41,935 bases of DNA from an uncultured Clostridium sp. (GTDB taxonomy: Bacteria > Bacillota > Clostridia > Christensenellales > CAG-138): the NCBI GenBank assembly GCA_964414925.1, contig CAYPXV010000002.1, forward strand, positions 1 to 41,935, read 5' to 3'. Both the position numbers and the translations under genes were made by a program. Of this stretch, positions 8,004 through 16,949 are shown piece by piece (positions within the stretch are counted from its first letter, which is position 1; the number at the start of each line of letters is the position of its first letter). Below the pieces are notes generated by a model. The model ran no database searches. It had not been told where the DNA came from and worked only from the letters and a program-made list of their open reading frames with translations.

Positions 8004-9614
8004 ATGGGTCTTTCGATAGAAATCAGAAAGTTTATTAATTCCAAGCATGTGGGTGAATTTGTGGATGTGACTTTGCCGGGCGAACTTCCGAAAAAACGTT
8101 CGGAAATTCGTTCCCAACAGCGTGACAGTGCTGCGATTGAAGATGCAAAGCGCAAAACAAAGGAATTGGCAGGCGCAAAATTAACAGCAGATAAAGCTTT
8201 GCGTTCCGCTAAGCAGACACTTTCCAAGACAAAAACGGAGCTTGACAGATGCTCGCTTGAACTTACTCAGCTTGAACAGCAAAAATCTTCGCTGCAACCC
8301 GATTTTGATTCCGCTAAAGCTGCGTATGATGCGGCAAGAGAGAATAATAAAAATAAAAGGGCGGAGCTTGAAACCGCAGCAGCCGAACTTAAATCCGCCG
8401 AGGAAGAAAAGCGTAAAGCAGAGCAGATTCTAAAGGCCGCTACCGCCGCTACCGAACAGCCGGACGAAAAGCAAAAGCAAACCTTAGAGCAAAATGTCAA
8501 ATCAGCAGTCGATGCTTTTGATTTTAAACGTACGATGTTCGATGCCGCTAAGGCTGTTGCCGCCGTGGCAGATGAATCGTACAAAAACGAAAAGTCAGCT
8601 TACGAGGACCTGAATTCTCAAATGGATAAACTAAATGCTTCCATCCGCTCCGCTCAGTCAAGCAAAACAACTTTGGACAGCAAAATCGAAAAGCTTACCG
8701 CAAGAGAAAAAAGTGCGGAGCAGCGTTTGGCTAAACTTGTTCATGAACACGAACAGGCGGAAAAGGAATCACTCGAACTGGAGGGCTCGGTTAAGCCCGT
8801 TGAGTCCCGTCATGAAACGGTGCGCTTTCACTACGTCGAATCGGGCACCGGCGAAACGATTATCCTTGTTCACAGCGTGGGACAATCGCTTTATACTTTC
8901 AATAAAATAATTGCAAAGCTTGCACATAAATACAACGTCATTGCCGTTGATTTACCCGGTCACGGCTATTCCGATACGCCCGATTCGTTCGAGTTTTCGG
9001 TAGATGATTATGCCGAAAGTCTGGCAAGATTTATGGACGCAATGGGAATAGGTACGGCTCATATGCTCGGCTTCTCCATGGGTGCGGATTATGCGATTAA
9101 ATTTGCCGCAAAACATAAAGAACGTGTCGATAAGCTGATTCTTATAGCTCCGGGCGGCATTACGATGAATATGCCGTTTTCCGTTCGCTTGCTCGAAACA
9201 AGTCTGCTCGGTCATTTTGCAGGCAATGTGTTCTCCAAAAAAAGCGTTGCCAAGCTTTTGAACGAATGTACTTTTGACCATACAATACTCAAAGAACATG
9301 ACATTGAACAATGCTTTAATCCATTACTGAACCCCGATGTCAGATACAGTATCAGACGCTGTGCCAATGCTTTCGATGAGGAAGATGCTTTGGACGAACT
9401 TCGTAATGTCGAGGCGGAAACACTTCTGCTCTGGGGTGATGAGGATAAATGGCATCCGCTTGAAATGCGTGATGAGTATTTGGCTTCAATCAAAAATGTT
9501 AAATTTAATTTGGTACGCAATTCGGGGCACTTGCCCCATGAAGAACGTGCCGACAGGGTTTGCGAACTCATATTCGATTTTATTCCTACCGGCTATGATT
9601 GGGAGAATGTCTGA
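8004..9614 (+). CDS. Fusion protein with an N-terminal coiled-coil region of about 265 aa and a C-terminal alpha/beta-hydrolase fold domain
   Basis: RBS aggag lies 7 nt before the ATG. Residues ~40-265 are A/K/E/Q-rich heptad-like sequence with no TM segment or signal peptide. The C-terminal domain carries ILVHSVGQS, the nucleophile elbow GFSMGA (Ser codon 9075-9077), WGDEDKW and SGHLPHEE. Confidence 0.8.
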   Translation: MGLSIEIRKFINSKHVGEFVDVTLPGELPKKRSEIRSQQRDSAAIEDAKRKTKELAGAKLTADKALRSAKQTLSKTKTELDRCSLELTQLEQQKSSLQPDFDSAKAAYDAARENNKNKRAELETAAAELKSAEEEKRKAEQILKAATAATEQPDEKQKQTLEQNVKSAVDAFDFKRTMFDAAKAVAAVADESYKNEKSAYEDLNSQMDKLNASIRSAQSSKTTLDSKIEKLTAREKSAEQRLAKLVHEHEQAEKESLELEGSVKPVESRHETVRFHYVESGTGETIILVHSVGQSLYTFNKIIAKLAHKYNVIAVDLPGHGYSDTPDSFEFSVDDYAESLARFMDAMGIGTAHMLGFSMGADYAIKFAAKHKERVDKLILIAPGGITMNMPFSVRLLETSLLGHFAGNVFSKKSVAKLLNECTFDHTILKEHDIEQCFNPLLNPDVRYSIRRCANAFDEEDALDELRNVEAETLLLWGDEDKWHPLEMRDEYLASIKNVKFNLVRNSGHLPHEERADRVCELIFDFIPTGYDWENV

Positions 9615-10450
9615 TGCAGTTTGAATTTACGAAAATGCACGGTCTCGGTAATGATATGATTCTGATCGATGACCGTGAAGAAAAAATAAAGGATATTAAC
9701 TCCTTTGCCGTGGATATCCTGCACAGAAATACGGGCGTGGGTGCGGATAGCCTTCTGATAGTCCGTAACTCCGATGTTGCCGATATCCGTATGCTTATCC
9801 TGAATATTGACGGCAGCGAAGCGGAAATGTGCGGAAACGGTATCCGCTGTTTCGTTAAATTCGTTATCGAAAAGGGTATTATTAATTCAAACGAGTTTTC
9901 CGTTGAAACTCTTTCGGGTATAAAAAAACCCAAAGCCTATATGGAAAACGGCAAGGTCGTTTCAATCGGTGTCGATATGGGTAAGCCTTTGCTCGATTGT
10001 GAATCAATCCCCATTGCCGCCGAAGGCAGGTTCGTCGATAAGAGCCTGTTCTCACATGGAAAACGCTTCAATGTTACAGGCGTTAATACAGGTGTTCCTC
10101 ATACCGTCGCTTTCGTCGATGACTGCGAACTTATAGATGTCGAATATTACGGAAAGGATATTGAACGATCTCCGATATTCCCCAAAAGAACAAATGTTGA
10201 CTTCGTTCAGGTCATTGACAGAAACAATATCGTTATGCGTGCATGGGAACGCGGTTGCGGCTGCACCATGTGCTGCGGCACGGGTGCTTGCGCTTGCGTG
10301 GTCGCCTGCGTTCTTAACGGAAAAACCGAACGTCATGTTAATGTCCATGTCGAAACAGGTACGCTTGTTATCGATTGGCTCGATAATGATTCTCTGTATA
10401 TGGCAGGTCCCGCCAAGGTCGTCTGCGAAGGTACTTATTTCCGTGATTGA
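9614..10450 (+). CDS. dapF: Diaminopimelate epimerase
   Basis: MQFEFTKMHGLGNDMILID and the two catalytic Cys motifs EMCGNGIRC and CGTGACA. The ATG at 9614 overlaps the upstream stop (cTGATGc). Confidence 0.9.
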   Translation: MQFEFTKMHGLGNDMILIDDREEKIKDINSFAVDILHRNTGVGADSLLIVRNSDVADIRMLILNIDGSEAEMCGNGIRCFVKFVIEKGIINSNEFSVETLSGIKKPKAYMENGKVVSIGVDMGKPLLDCESIPIAAEGRFVDKSLFSHGKRFNVTGVNTGVPHTVAFVDDCELIDVEYYGKDIERSPIFPKRTNVDFVQVIDRNNIVMRAWERGCGCTMCCGTGACACVVACVLNGKTERHVNVHVETGTLVIDWLDNDSLYMAGPAKVVCEGTYFRD

Positions 10451-10490
10451 TTTACTCGTAAGTCAAATAATAAGTATATTAAAAAATAAC

Positions 10491-10519
10491 TTTACAAAAT
10501 AAAAAAACTATGCTAAAGT
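10491..10519 (+). promoter_or_regulatory. Candidate promoter for rpsO, predicting a leader of about 100 nt
   Basis: -35 TTTACA, 17-nt spacer, -10 TAAAGT. The region is AT-rich, so false positives are likely. S15 genes commonly carry autoregulatory leaders. Confidence 0.3.
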
Positions 10520-10626
10520 ATGCTTGATATGGCTGATGCTGTATTCAAACTGTATGCTTCGTTATGCGAAACTCCGACGCAATACGCAGCTGACAGGGAT
10601 ATTATAATTAAGGAGGTTCTTTAATA

Positions 10627-10890
10627 ATGGAAAAAGAACGTAAAAACGAAATCATCACTAAGTTCGCCCTTCATGAGGGTGACACCGGTTCCCCCGAGGT
10701 TCAGATCGCTCTGCTTACAGAGCGAATCAATCACCTCACTGAGCATCTCAAGACCCATCAGAAGGATAACCACTCCCGTCGCGGTCTGTTGAAGATGGTT
10801 GGTAAGCGTCGCGGCTTGCTTAACTACCTCAAGGAAGTCGATATTGAGCGCTACAGAACAATCATCGCTGAGCTCGGAATCAGAAAGTAA
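10627..10890 (+). CDS. rpsO: 30S ribosomal protein S15
   Basis: 87-aa protein with ...[51 protein letters not shown].... Strong RBS aaggagg. Confidence 0.95.
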   Translation: MEKERKNEIITKFALHEGDTGSPEVQIALLTERINHLTEHLKTHQKDNHSRRGLLKMVGKRRGLLNYLKEVDIERYRTIIAELGIRK

Positions 10891-10905
10891 TTATTGTTGC
10901 ACTTG

Positions 10906-10937
10906 AAGGGCGGGGCGGAGTTGCCCGCCTTTCTTTG
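10906..10937 (+). terminator. Rho-independent terminator or attenuator after rpsO
   Basis: aagggcggg/cccgccttt 9-bp GC-rich stem (one G.U), followed by a T-rich run (tttctttgc). Confidence 0.6.
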
Positions 10938-10946
10938 CAAAATAAG

Positions 10947-11030
10947 CAGGGAACGGATTTTCCCGTTCGGCTCGGAATACTTTTTCCCCGGAACGGCTGA
11001 ATCTGTTCCCTGATTCGCAGGGAAGCCTGC
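10947..11030 (+). promoter_or_regulatory. Structured leader of pnp, comprising a long nested hairpin and a small hairpin
   Basis: cagggaac (10947-10954) pairs with gttccctg (11005-11012). Inside it, ccgttc pairs with gaacgg. A gcagg-gaag-cctgc hairpin follows at 11018-11030. Confidence 0.4.
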
Positions 11031-11081
11031 ATTTTACATTTGTTTACAATTAGAATTGATAGATATTAAAGGAGCATGAAT

Positions 11082-13172
11082 ATGCAAAAAAAATTCACAC
11101 TTGAACTGGCAGGCAGAACAATCGTTGCCGAAACAGGCAAATATGCCGAACAGGCAGGCGGTGCGGTTCTCATTAGCTGCGATAATACCGCTTTGCTCGT
11201 TTGCGCCGGTGTTGCACCCCAGCCCCGTGACGGAGCGGATTTCCTCCCTCTGAGCTGTGATTACGAAGAGAAAATGTATGCCGCAGGTAAAATTCCCGGC
11301 GGTTTCATTAAAAGAGAAGGTCGTCCCTCCGAAAAGGCTATACTTACCAGCCGTCTTATCGACCGTCCCATCCGTCCCCTTTTCCCCAAGGGTTTCTATA
11401 ATGACGTTCAGGTCATTGCTACTTGCATGAGCGTTGATAACGATGTTCAGCCCGATATCTTGGCTATGAACGGTGCGTCTTTGGCACTTTCAATCAGCGA
11501 AGCCCCCTTTGCAGGTCCTATCGGTGCGGTCAGCGTTGCTTATGTTGACGGAAACTACATCATTAACCCCGACCAGAAACAGCGTGAGGCAAGCCGCCTC
11601 CACTTGACCGTTGCAGGTACAAAGGATGCCGTTATGATGGTTGAGGCAGGTGCTAACGAAATTACCGAAAAAGAAATGCTCGATGCCATTTTGATTGGAC
11701 ATGAGTACATCAAAACAATCGTTGCTTGGATTAGCGATATTCAAGCCGAAATAGGTAAGGAGAAGATCGTTCCCGTTATCCATACTCCCGATGAAGAGCT
11801 GAAAGCTAAGGTTATCGAATTTGCACGCGAAAAGGTCGAATGGCAGCTCGATACTTTTGACAGAAAAGAACGTGAAGAACGTACAAATGCAGTCAAAAAC
11901 GAAACCATTGAACATTTCGCCGAGGAATATCCCGATTCCGCAGCCGATATAGATAACATTCTTTACTATTTGATGAAGGAAATCCTTCGTGATAAAATCA
12001 TCAATAAGGGTATCCGACCCGACGGTCGTACCCATACCCAGATTCGTCCCATCTGGAGCGAAGTAGGTATCCTCCCCCGTACTCACGGCTCCGCTGTGTT
12101 TACAAGAGGTCAGACTCAGGTTATGACTATCGCTACCCTCGGTACTTTGGGTGACGGTCAGACCATTGACGGTATCGGTGATGAGGAATTTAAGAGATAC
12201 ATCCATCACTACAATATGCCGCCCTACAGCACAGGCGAAGTTAAACGTCTCGGTAGCCCCGGCAGACGTGAAATAGGTCACGGTGCTCTTGCGGAACGTG
12301 CCCTGCTTCCCATGATTCCTTCCGAAGATGAGTTCCCCTACGCTATCAGGCTCGTTTCCGAAGTCGTTTCCAGTAACGGTTCAACTTCACAGGCTTCCAT
12401 CTGCGGCAGTACCCTCGCTCTCATGGACGCAGGTGTTCCCATCAAAGCTCCCGTTGCGGGTTGCGCAATGGGTCTTATCAAGGATGATAATACGGGAAAT
12501 ATTGCAATCCTTACAGATATCCAGGGTCTTGAAGACTTCATGGGCGATATGGACTTTAAAGTTGCAGGTACCCGTGAGGGTATCACCGCCATACAGATGG
12601 ATATCAAGATTAAGGGAATCGATGAGCAGATTTTGACTCGTGCGCTTGAACAGGCACGCCAGGGCAGATTGTTCATCCTCGATAGAATGATGGAGACAAT
12701 TTCAGAACCTCGTAAAGAGCTTTCCGCTTTTGCTCCCCGCATTCTCCAGTTCAGCATCAATCCGGATAAGATTCGTGAGGTTATCGGTAGTGGCGGAAAG
12801 ACCATTAACGGTATCGTTGCCGAAACCGGTGTTAAAATCGATATCGAAGATGACGGCAGAGTATTTATCGCTTCAACCGATGCCGCTGCTGCCGAAAAGG
12901 CTAAGAACATAATCGATAATATCGTTCGTGATATCCAGGTCGGCGATGTCATACTCGGTAAAGTCGTAAATATTCTTCCCATCGGTGCTCAGGTTGAGCT
13001 TAAACCCGGTAAAAAGGGTCTTGTACATATCTCAAGACTTGCTAATCGCCGTGTTGAACGTGTTGAGGATGTGGTCTCCGTCGGTGACGAAATCCTCGTC
13101 AGAGTTACCGAGATTCGTCCGGACGGAAAAATCGACCTTACTCGTAAAGGTCTTATTCCCGATAATAAATAA
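11082..13172 (+). CDS. pnp: Polyribonucleotide nucleotidyltransferase (PNPase)
   Basis: Two RNase PH domains followed by KH and S1 domains (GKVVNILPIGAQVEL...GLVHISRLA). The ATG at 11082 is 7 nt from GGAG, whereas the ATG at 11076 is only 1 nt from it. Confidence 0.95.
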   Translation: MQKKFTLELAGRTIVAETGKYAEQAGGAVLISCDNTALLVCAGVAPQPRDGADFLPLSCDYEEKMYAAGKIPGGFIKREGRPSEKAILTSRLIDRPIRPLFPKGFYNDVQVIATCMSVDNDVQPDILAMNGASLALSISEAPFAGPIGAVSVAYVDGNYIINPDQKQREASRLHLTVAGTKDAVMMVEAGANEITEKEMLDAILIGHEYIKTIVAWISDIQAEIGKEKIVPVIHTPDEELKAKVIEFAREKVEWQLDTFDRKEREERTNAVKNETIEHFAEEYPDSAADIDNILYYLMKEILRDKIINKGIRPDGRTHTQIRPIWSEVGILPRTHGSAVFTRGQTQVMTIATLGTLGDGQTIDGIGDEEFKRYIHHYNMPPYSTGEVKRLGSPGRREIGHGALAERALLPMIPSEDEFPYAIRLVSEVVSSNGSTSQASICGSTLALMDAGVPIKAPVAGCAMGLIKDDNTGNIAILTDIQGLEDFMGDMDFKVAGTREGITAIQMDIKIKGIDEQILTRALEQARQGRLFILDRMMETISEPRKELSAFAPRILQFSINPDKIREVIGSGGKTINGIVAETGVKIDIEDDGRVFIASTDAAAAEKAKNIIDNIVRDIQVGDVILGKVVNILPIGAQVELKPGKKGLVHISRLANRRVERVEDVVSVGDEILVRVTEIRPDGKIDLTRKGLIPDNK

Positions 13173-13183
13173 TTGCTTTTGTG

Positions 13184-13211
13184 GGCTGAGGCGGATGTAT
13201 CTGCTTCAGCC
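13184..13211 (+). terminator. Stem-loop after pnp, a weak terminator candidate
   Basis: ggctgaggcggat-gt-atctgcttcagcc forms a 13-bp stem with two G.U pairs. The trailing T-run is poor. Confidence 0.35.
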
Positions 13212-13330
13212 TTACTCCTACAATATATTAGAGCAATTCTTGCGCCGTTCGATTTTGAGCTAAGTTTTCTCATTACTTGCTTCGTTACTTCATAAGCTTT
13301 ATCATCTATTTCCATAAGGTGGGTAAGCTT

Positions 13331-14035
13331 ATGAATAAAAACTCAAATCATCGCAGATACGTCGGAATTATCGTCGTAAATCTATTTCTGGCTTTTATTA
13401 TCGTCGGCTTGTTTGTTTGCCTTATTAATCCCGGGCTTAACCAAGCGGTGAACGCTTCAGGGTTTCCCGTCTATTACGGCTACGATGACAGATGCGTCGC
13501 TCTTGAATGTGCCGTTACATGGGATGCTTCCGCTTTGCCGGATATTCTCGATATCTTAAAACAGCATGACGTCCGTATTACTTTTGCGGTCAGCGGAAAA
13601 TGGGCGGAGAATAATCCCGACTTGCTTCGCCAAATCAAATCCCTCGGTCATGAAATTGCTACCATGGGCTATGCTCCCGATGAGGACGGTACGGTTGATT
13701 TCGTTGAAAATGATGTGGCTAAATCCTGCAATATCATTTATAATGAAACGGGTTCCTTTCCGTCACTTTATTGCTTGGGCAGCAGGGATACCGCCGTTTC
13801 AACGGTCGCTGCCTCAAAATGCGATTTGATTCCCGTTAAATGTACTTTGGATATCCTCTGTGCAAACGGAAACTGCGATGACATAATTAAGCGCATTTGT
13901 GCTAACACTAATGTCGGTAACATTCTTTTGGTTACCCCCACCGGCGCTTTCTTAAATGCGTTGCCGAATATCTTGCTCTTTTTTGAAAACGAAGGGCTGT
14001 CTGTCTCGACAGTAGGCAGTATTATTTGTAGTTAG
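13331..14035 (+). CDS. Membrane-anchored NodB-homology (polysaccharide deacetylase) family protein, YlxY-like, with degenerate catalytic motifs
   Basis: N-terminal TM helix (YVGIIVVNLFLAFIIVGLFVCLI) and a NodB-like core (VRITFAVSGKWAENNPDLLRQIKSLGHEI). Its position after rpsO-pnp and before an M16 peptidase matches the B. subtilis pnpA-ylxY-mlpA order. RBS aaggtggg lies before the ATG at 13331. Confidence 0.7.
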   Translation: MNKNSNHRRYVGIIVVNLFLAFIIVGLFVCLINPGLNQAVNASGFPVYYGYDDRCVALECAVTWDASALPDILDILKQHDVRITFAVSGKWAENNPDLLRQIKSLGHEIATMGYAPDEDGTVDFVENDVAKSCNIIYNETGSFPSLYCLGSRDTAVSTVAASKCDLIPVKCTLDILCANGNCDDIIKRICANTNVGNILLVTPTGAFLNALPNILLFFENEGLSVSTVGSIICS

Positions 14036-14069
14036 TTTGCTTTTATTGTAAACATCTGAAAGGATAAAA

Positions 14070-15353
14070 ATGATTGTAAAAAAATGCTTACCGAATGGTT
14101 TAAGAATAGTTTGTGAACCCATGCAGGGCTTCCGCTCCGTTTCAATCAGCGTATGGGTTGCCGCAGGCTCCGTTTATGAGTCCGATGCCGAAAACGGAAT
14201 ATCGCATTTTATTGAACATATGCTCTTTAAGGGTACTAACAAGCGTTCTGCCGGTGATATTGCGGAACAGGGTGATATAATTGGCGGAAACCTCAATGCC
14301 TTTACTTCAAAAGAGTATACTTGCTTCTACACTAAGGTTTTGGATGATAATTTGGAGTTCGCACTGGAGCTTCTCTCCGATATTATCTGTAACTCCAAAC
14401 TCGATAACGATGATATCGAAAGGGAAAAGGGCGTCGTATTGGAAGAAATTGCAATGAACAACGACTCTCCGGAGGATCTGGCGCAGGAACTGCTTTGTCA
14501 AAACTTCTTCCTCGGTAACTCCTTGGCTGCTCCCATTCTCGGAAATGAAGATACCGTAAAGAGCTTTAATCGCCATATGCTGGTCGATTACATGCAAAGA
14601 ATGTATCGTCCGTCAAATATGGTCATTTCCGTCGCAGGCAGTGTAGATGCACAATCCTTTATTCCACTCGTTGAAAAATACTTCTCGATGAGCGAACCTG
14701 TAGCCGGCAACATTAATTCCGTCGAACCCTCCTATGCCGTTAAAGATGATGGATTGAAACTCGTTCTGAAACAAAAGGACATAGAACAGGCGCATATCAG
14801 CTTAGGCTTTAAAGGCTTTCCTATTCTGGAAGACGGTTACTTCCCGATGGTCGTACTTAATAATGCCGTCGGCGGCAGTATGAGTTCAAGACTTTTCCAA
14901 TCTATTCGAGAAAATAACGGTTTGGCATACTCCGTTTATTCTTCACCTGCTTCATTTGCCAAAACAGGCTATTTTGCTCTCTATGCAGGCACTGCTCAAT
15001 CACGACTTTTGGCTGTTACGGAACTTATGCTAAGCGAATATAAAAAGATTGCGCAAAACGGCATAACTTCGGTCGAACTTGAAAGAGCCCGAAAACAACT
15101 CAAGAGCAGCTATCTGTTGGGCTTGGAAAATACTTCTTCCCGTGCTTCCTCAAACGGAAGAAATACTTTGATGGGCATTCCTTTATATTCGGGAGACGAA
15201 ATAATCGAAAAGCTCTATTCCGTTTCTTTGAATTCCATTAACGAGATTCTGCCCGTTATCTGCGATTTTAAAAATATGACCGCTGTTGTCGTTGGCAATG
15301 TCGAATCGTATAAAAATGACCTCGATAAACTGCTTGCGCCATATGTAGGTTGA
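14070..15353 (+). CDS. M16 (pitrilysin/insulinase) family zinc peptidase, MlpA/YmxG-like
   Basis: HxxEH zinc motif (HFIEHMLFKGT) and a downstream EE (VVLEEI). Size and synteny match ymxG/mlpA. Confidence 0.85.
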   Translation: MIVKKCLPNGLRIVCEPMQGFRSVSISVWVAAGSVYESDAENGISHFIEHMLFKGTNKRSAGDIAEQGDIIGGNLNAFTSKEYTCFYTKVLDDNLEFALELLSDIICNSKLDNDDIEREKGVVLEEIAMNNDSPEDLAQELLCQNFFLGNSLAAPILGNEDTVKSFNRHMLVDYMQRMYRPSNMVISVAGSVDAQSFIPLVEKYFSMSEPVAGNINSVEPSYAVKDDGLKLVLKQKDIEQAHISLGFKGFPILEDGYFPMVVLNNAVGGSMSSRLFQSIRENNGLAYSVYSSPASFAKTGYFALYAGTAQSRLLAVTELMLSEYKKIAQNGITSVELERARKQLKSSYLLGLENTSSRASSNGRNTLMGIPLYSGDEIIEKLYSVSLNSINEILPVICDFKNMTAVVVGNVESYKNDLDKLLAPYVG

Positions 15354-15367
15354 CGATAGGTGATAAA

Positions 15368-15736
15368 ATGGATAAGCTCGATAAAATCTTTCAAATGCAA
15401 AAATTACTTGATGATGACATAATCTCAAGACGAAACCTTGATTTTTCTACCGAGGAGTGGATGCAAAAAGAAGTGCTTGCCATGCTCAGTGAGCTTAGTG
15501 AAGTGCTTGATGAAGTCAATTTCAAATGGTGGAAAAATAAAAAACCCCTCGATTCCGATGCCTTGAAAGGAGAACTGGTTGATATACTGCATTTTTTTGT
15601 AAGTATGTGCCTTCACTCGGGCATGAATGCGGACGAGCTGTTTGACAGATATCTGGATAAAAATAAGGAAAACTTCGATAGGCAGTATGGACGAAGCGAA
15701 AAAAAGGGATACGAAGTTGTAGATGGACAGAGTTAA
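15368..15736 (+). CDS. Dimeric dUTPase-like / all-alpha (MazG-like) NTP pyrophosphohydrolase family protein
   Basis: 122 aa. ...EVLAMLSELSEVLDEVNFKWWKNKK...ELVDILHFFVSMCL resembles the dUTPase_2 family. RBS aggtga lies before the ATG at 15368. Confidence 0.55.
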   Translation: MDKLDKIFQMQKLLDDDIISRRNLDFSTEEWMQKEVLAMLSELSEVLDEVNFKWWKNKKPLDSDALKGELVDILHFFVSMCLHSGMNADELFDRYLDKNKENFDRQYGRSEKKGYEVVDGQS

Positions 15737-16949
15737 GGTTAGGCTTAAAAAGAAATATGTTGTCAGACGTCTTGCCGTCGCAGTGATGGCAATTGTTTTC
15801 ATCTGCATTGTCATTGCGCTGATTATAAGATTGTCGGGGTATCAAGCTCAAATGAGCTTTGACGAAATGAGTGTCCATTCATCTCATAATGCCGTTATTA
15901 TCAGGGATGAAAAGGTCTATACCGGAGTGAAATATTCAAGAGCCGATTACCTTGTTCCCGAAGCAAGCGAAGTGGAAGAAGGTACTCACATCATGAACCT
16001 GTATAAACAGGGCTACAGCGACAGCATGAATATTCTGATCCAGCAATTGAGTATGCAAATCTACGAAGCTCAAATGGAACAATTGGGCGATGTAAAGGAC
16101 AATACCCTTGTCGGCTATAACGAAGCTATTGACGCTATCAGAATGCGAATTGCCAACGCCGCTTTGAACGAAAGCGAAGACTCCATAAACGAACTTGAAA
16201 AGCAGTTGATCCAAAAGATGGACGAACGTCGTGATTACCTTAAATCAATACTTCAGCCGACGGAAAAACTCAAAAATCTCTATGATAGAGAGGAACAGGC
16301 GCGTCAAGATATGCAGACCTGGCAAATTGATGTCGAATGTGAAGGCTCGGGTATAGTCAGCTTCTATTCGGATGGCTACGAAAATGCTATTAATAAGGAC
16401 AAGCTCAATATCATCTCCGCTCCTATCCTGTCAAATGCTTTGAAAAAGAAAAGCGCAGTCGCCTGGATGGCGGAAAACGAAACCTTTACATACAGAATCA
16501 TTAATCCCAATGAATGGTATTGTGCTTTCTTGACAGATGTTAAAGATTCTCTCCGATTGGCTCAGGACGAAACCTATAATGTAGCTATAGACGGTTACGG
16601 CAGTTATAAAGCAAAAGCTCTCAAATGCGTTATCAGTGGTGATAAAGTCATAAACATCCTGCAAATTAACGATGAACTCGGTGAGCTTAAATATGTCAGA
16701 AACGTCAGCGTCGAAATTACCGCATCATTTGCAGGGGCTAAGGTCAATAACACTGCCGTCATCAATGATGAAAACGGTCAGTTCATCGATGTTATGAAGA
16801 ACGGTAATAAAACCCGTACTCCCATAGAGGTGCTTGCCGTCAGCGGTGACTATGCAATCGTTAAATCCTTATCGGATGAAATTAATTTTGATTCGGGGGT
16901 GAAATATTGGATACCGAAGAAAGATATTCTGAAATCGTTGAAAGATTAA
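15723..16949 (+). CDS. Membrane-anchored HlyD/membrane-fusion-like protein of unknown role
   Basis: N-terminal TM helix (LAVAVMAIVFICIVIALII), a central coiled coil and beta-rich flanks, as in the HlyD-family annotations often found upstream of ylmE in Clostridia. It overlaps the dUTPase-like gene by 14 nt and yggS by 43 nt. The RBS is weak. Confidence 0.5.
   Translation: MDRVKVRLKKKYVVRRLAVAVMAIVFICIVIALIIRLSGYQAQMSFDEMSVHSSHNAVIIRDEKVYTGVKYSRADYLVPEASEVEEGTHIMNLYKQGYSDSMNILIQQLSMQIYEAQMEQLGDVKDNTLVGYNEAIDAIRMRIANAALNESEDSINELEKQLIQKMDERRDYLKSILQPTEKLKNLYDREEQARQDMQTWQIDVECEGSGIVSFYSDGYENAINKDKLNIISAPILSNALKKKSAVAWMAENETFTYRIINPNEWYCAFLTDVKDSLRLAQDETYNVAIDGYGSYKAKALKCVISGDKVINILQINDELGELKYVRNVSVEITASFAGAKVNNTAVINDENGQFIDVMKNGNKTRTPIEVLAVSGDYAIVKSLSDEINFDSGVKYWIPKKDILKSLKD

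Noticed and set aside
8120-8800. Repetitive-looking region, checked as a possible nucleotide repeat array or CRISPR-like structure
   Set aside because: The repetitiveness is at the amino-acid composition level (a coiled coil rich in A/K/E/Q). I found no regular nucleotide direct repeats or spacers.
11490-12281. 263-aa minus-strand ORF, plus the 12338-12982 minus-strand ORF, inside pnp
   Set aside because: They are antisense shadow ORFs fully embedded in a strongly supported PNPase gene. They have low-complexity composition, no RBS and no recognisable domain.
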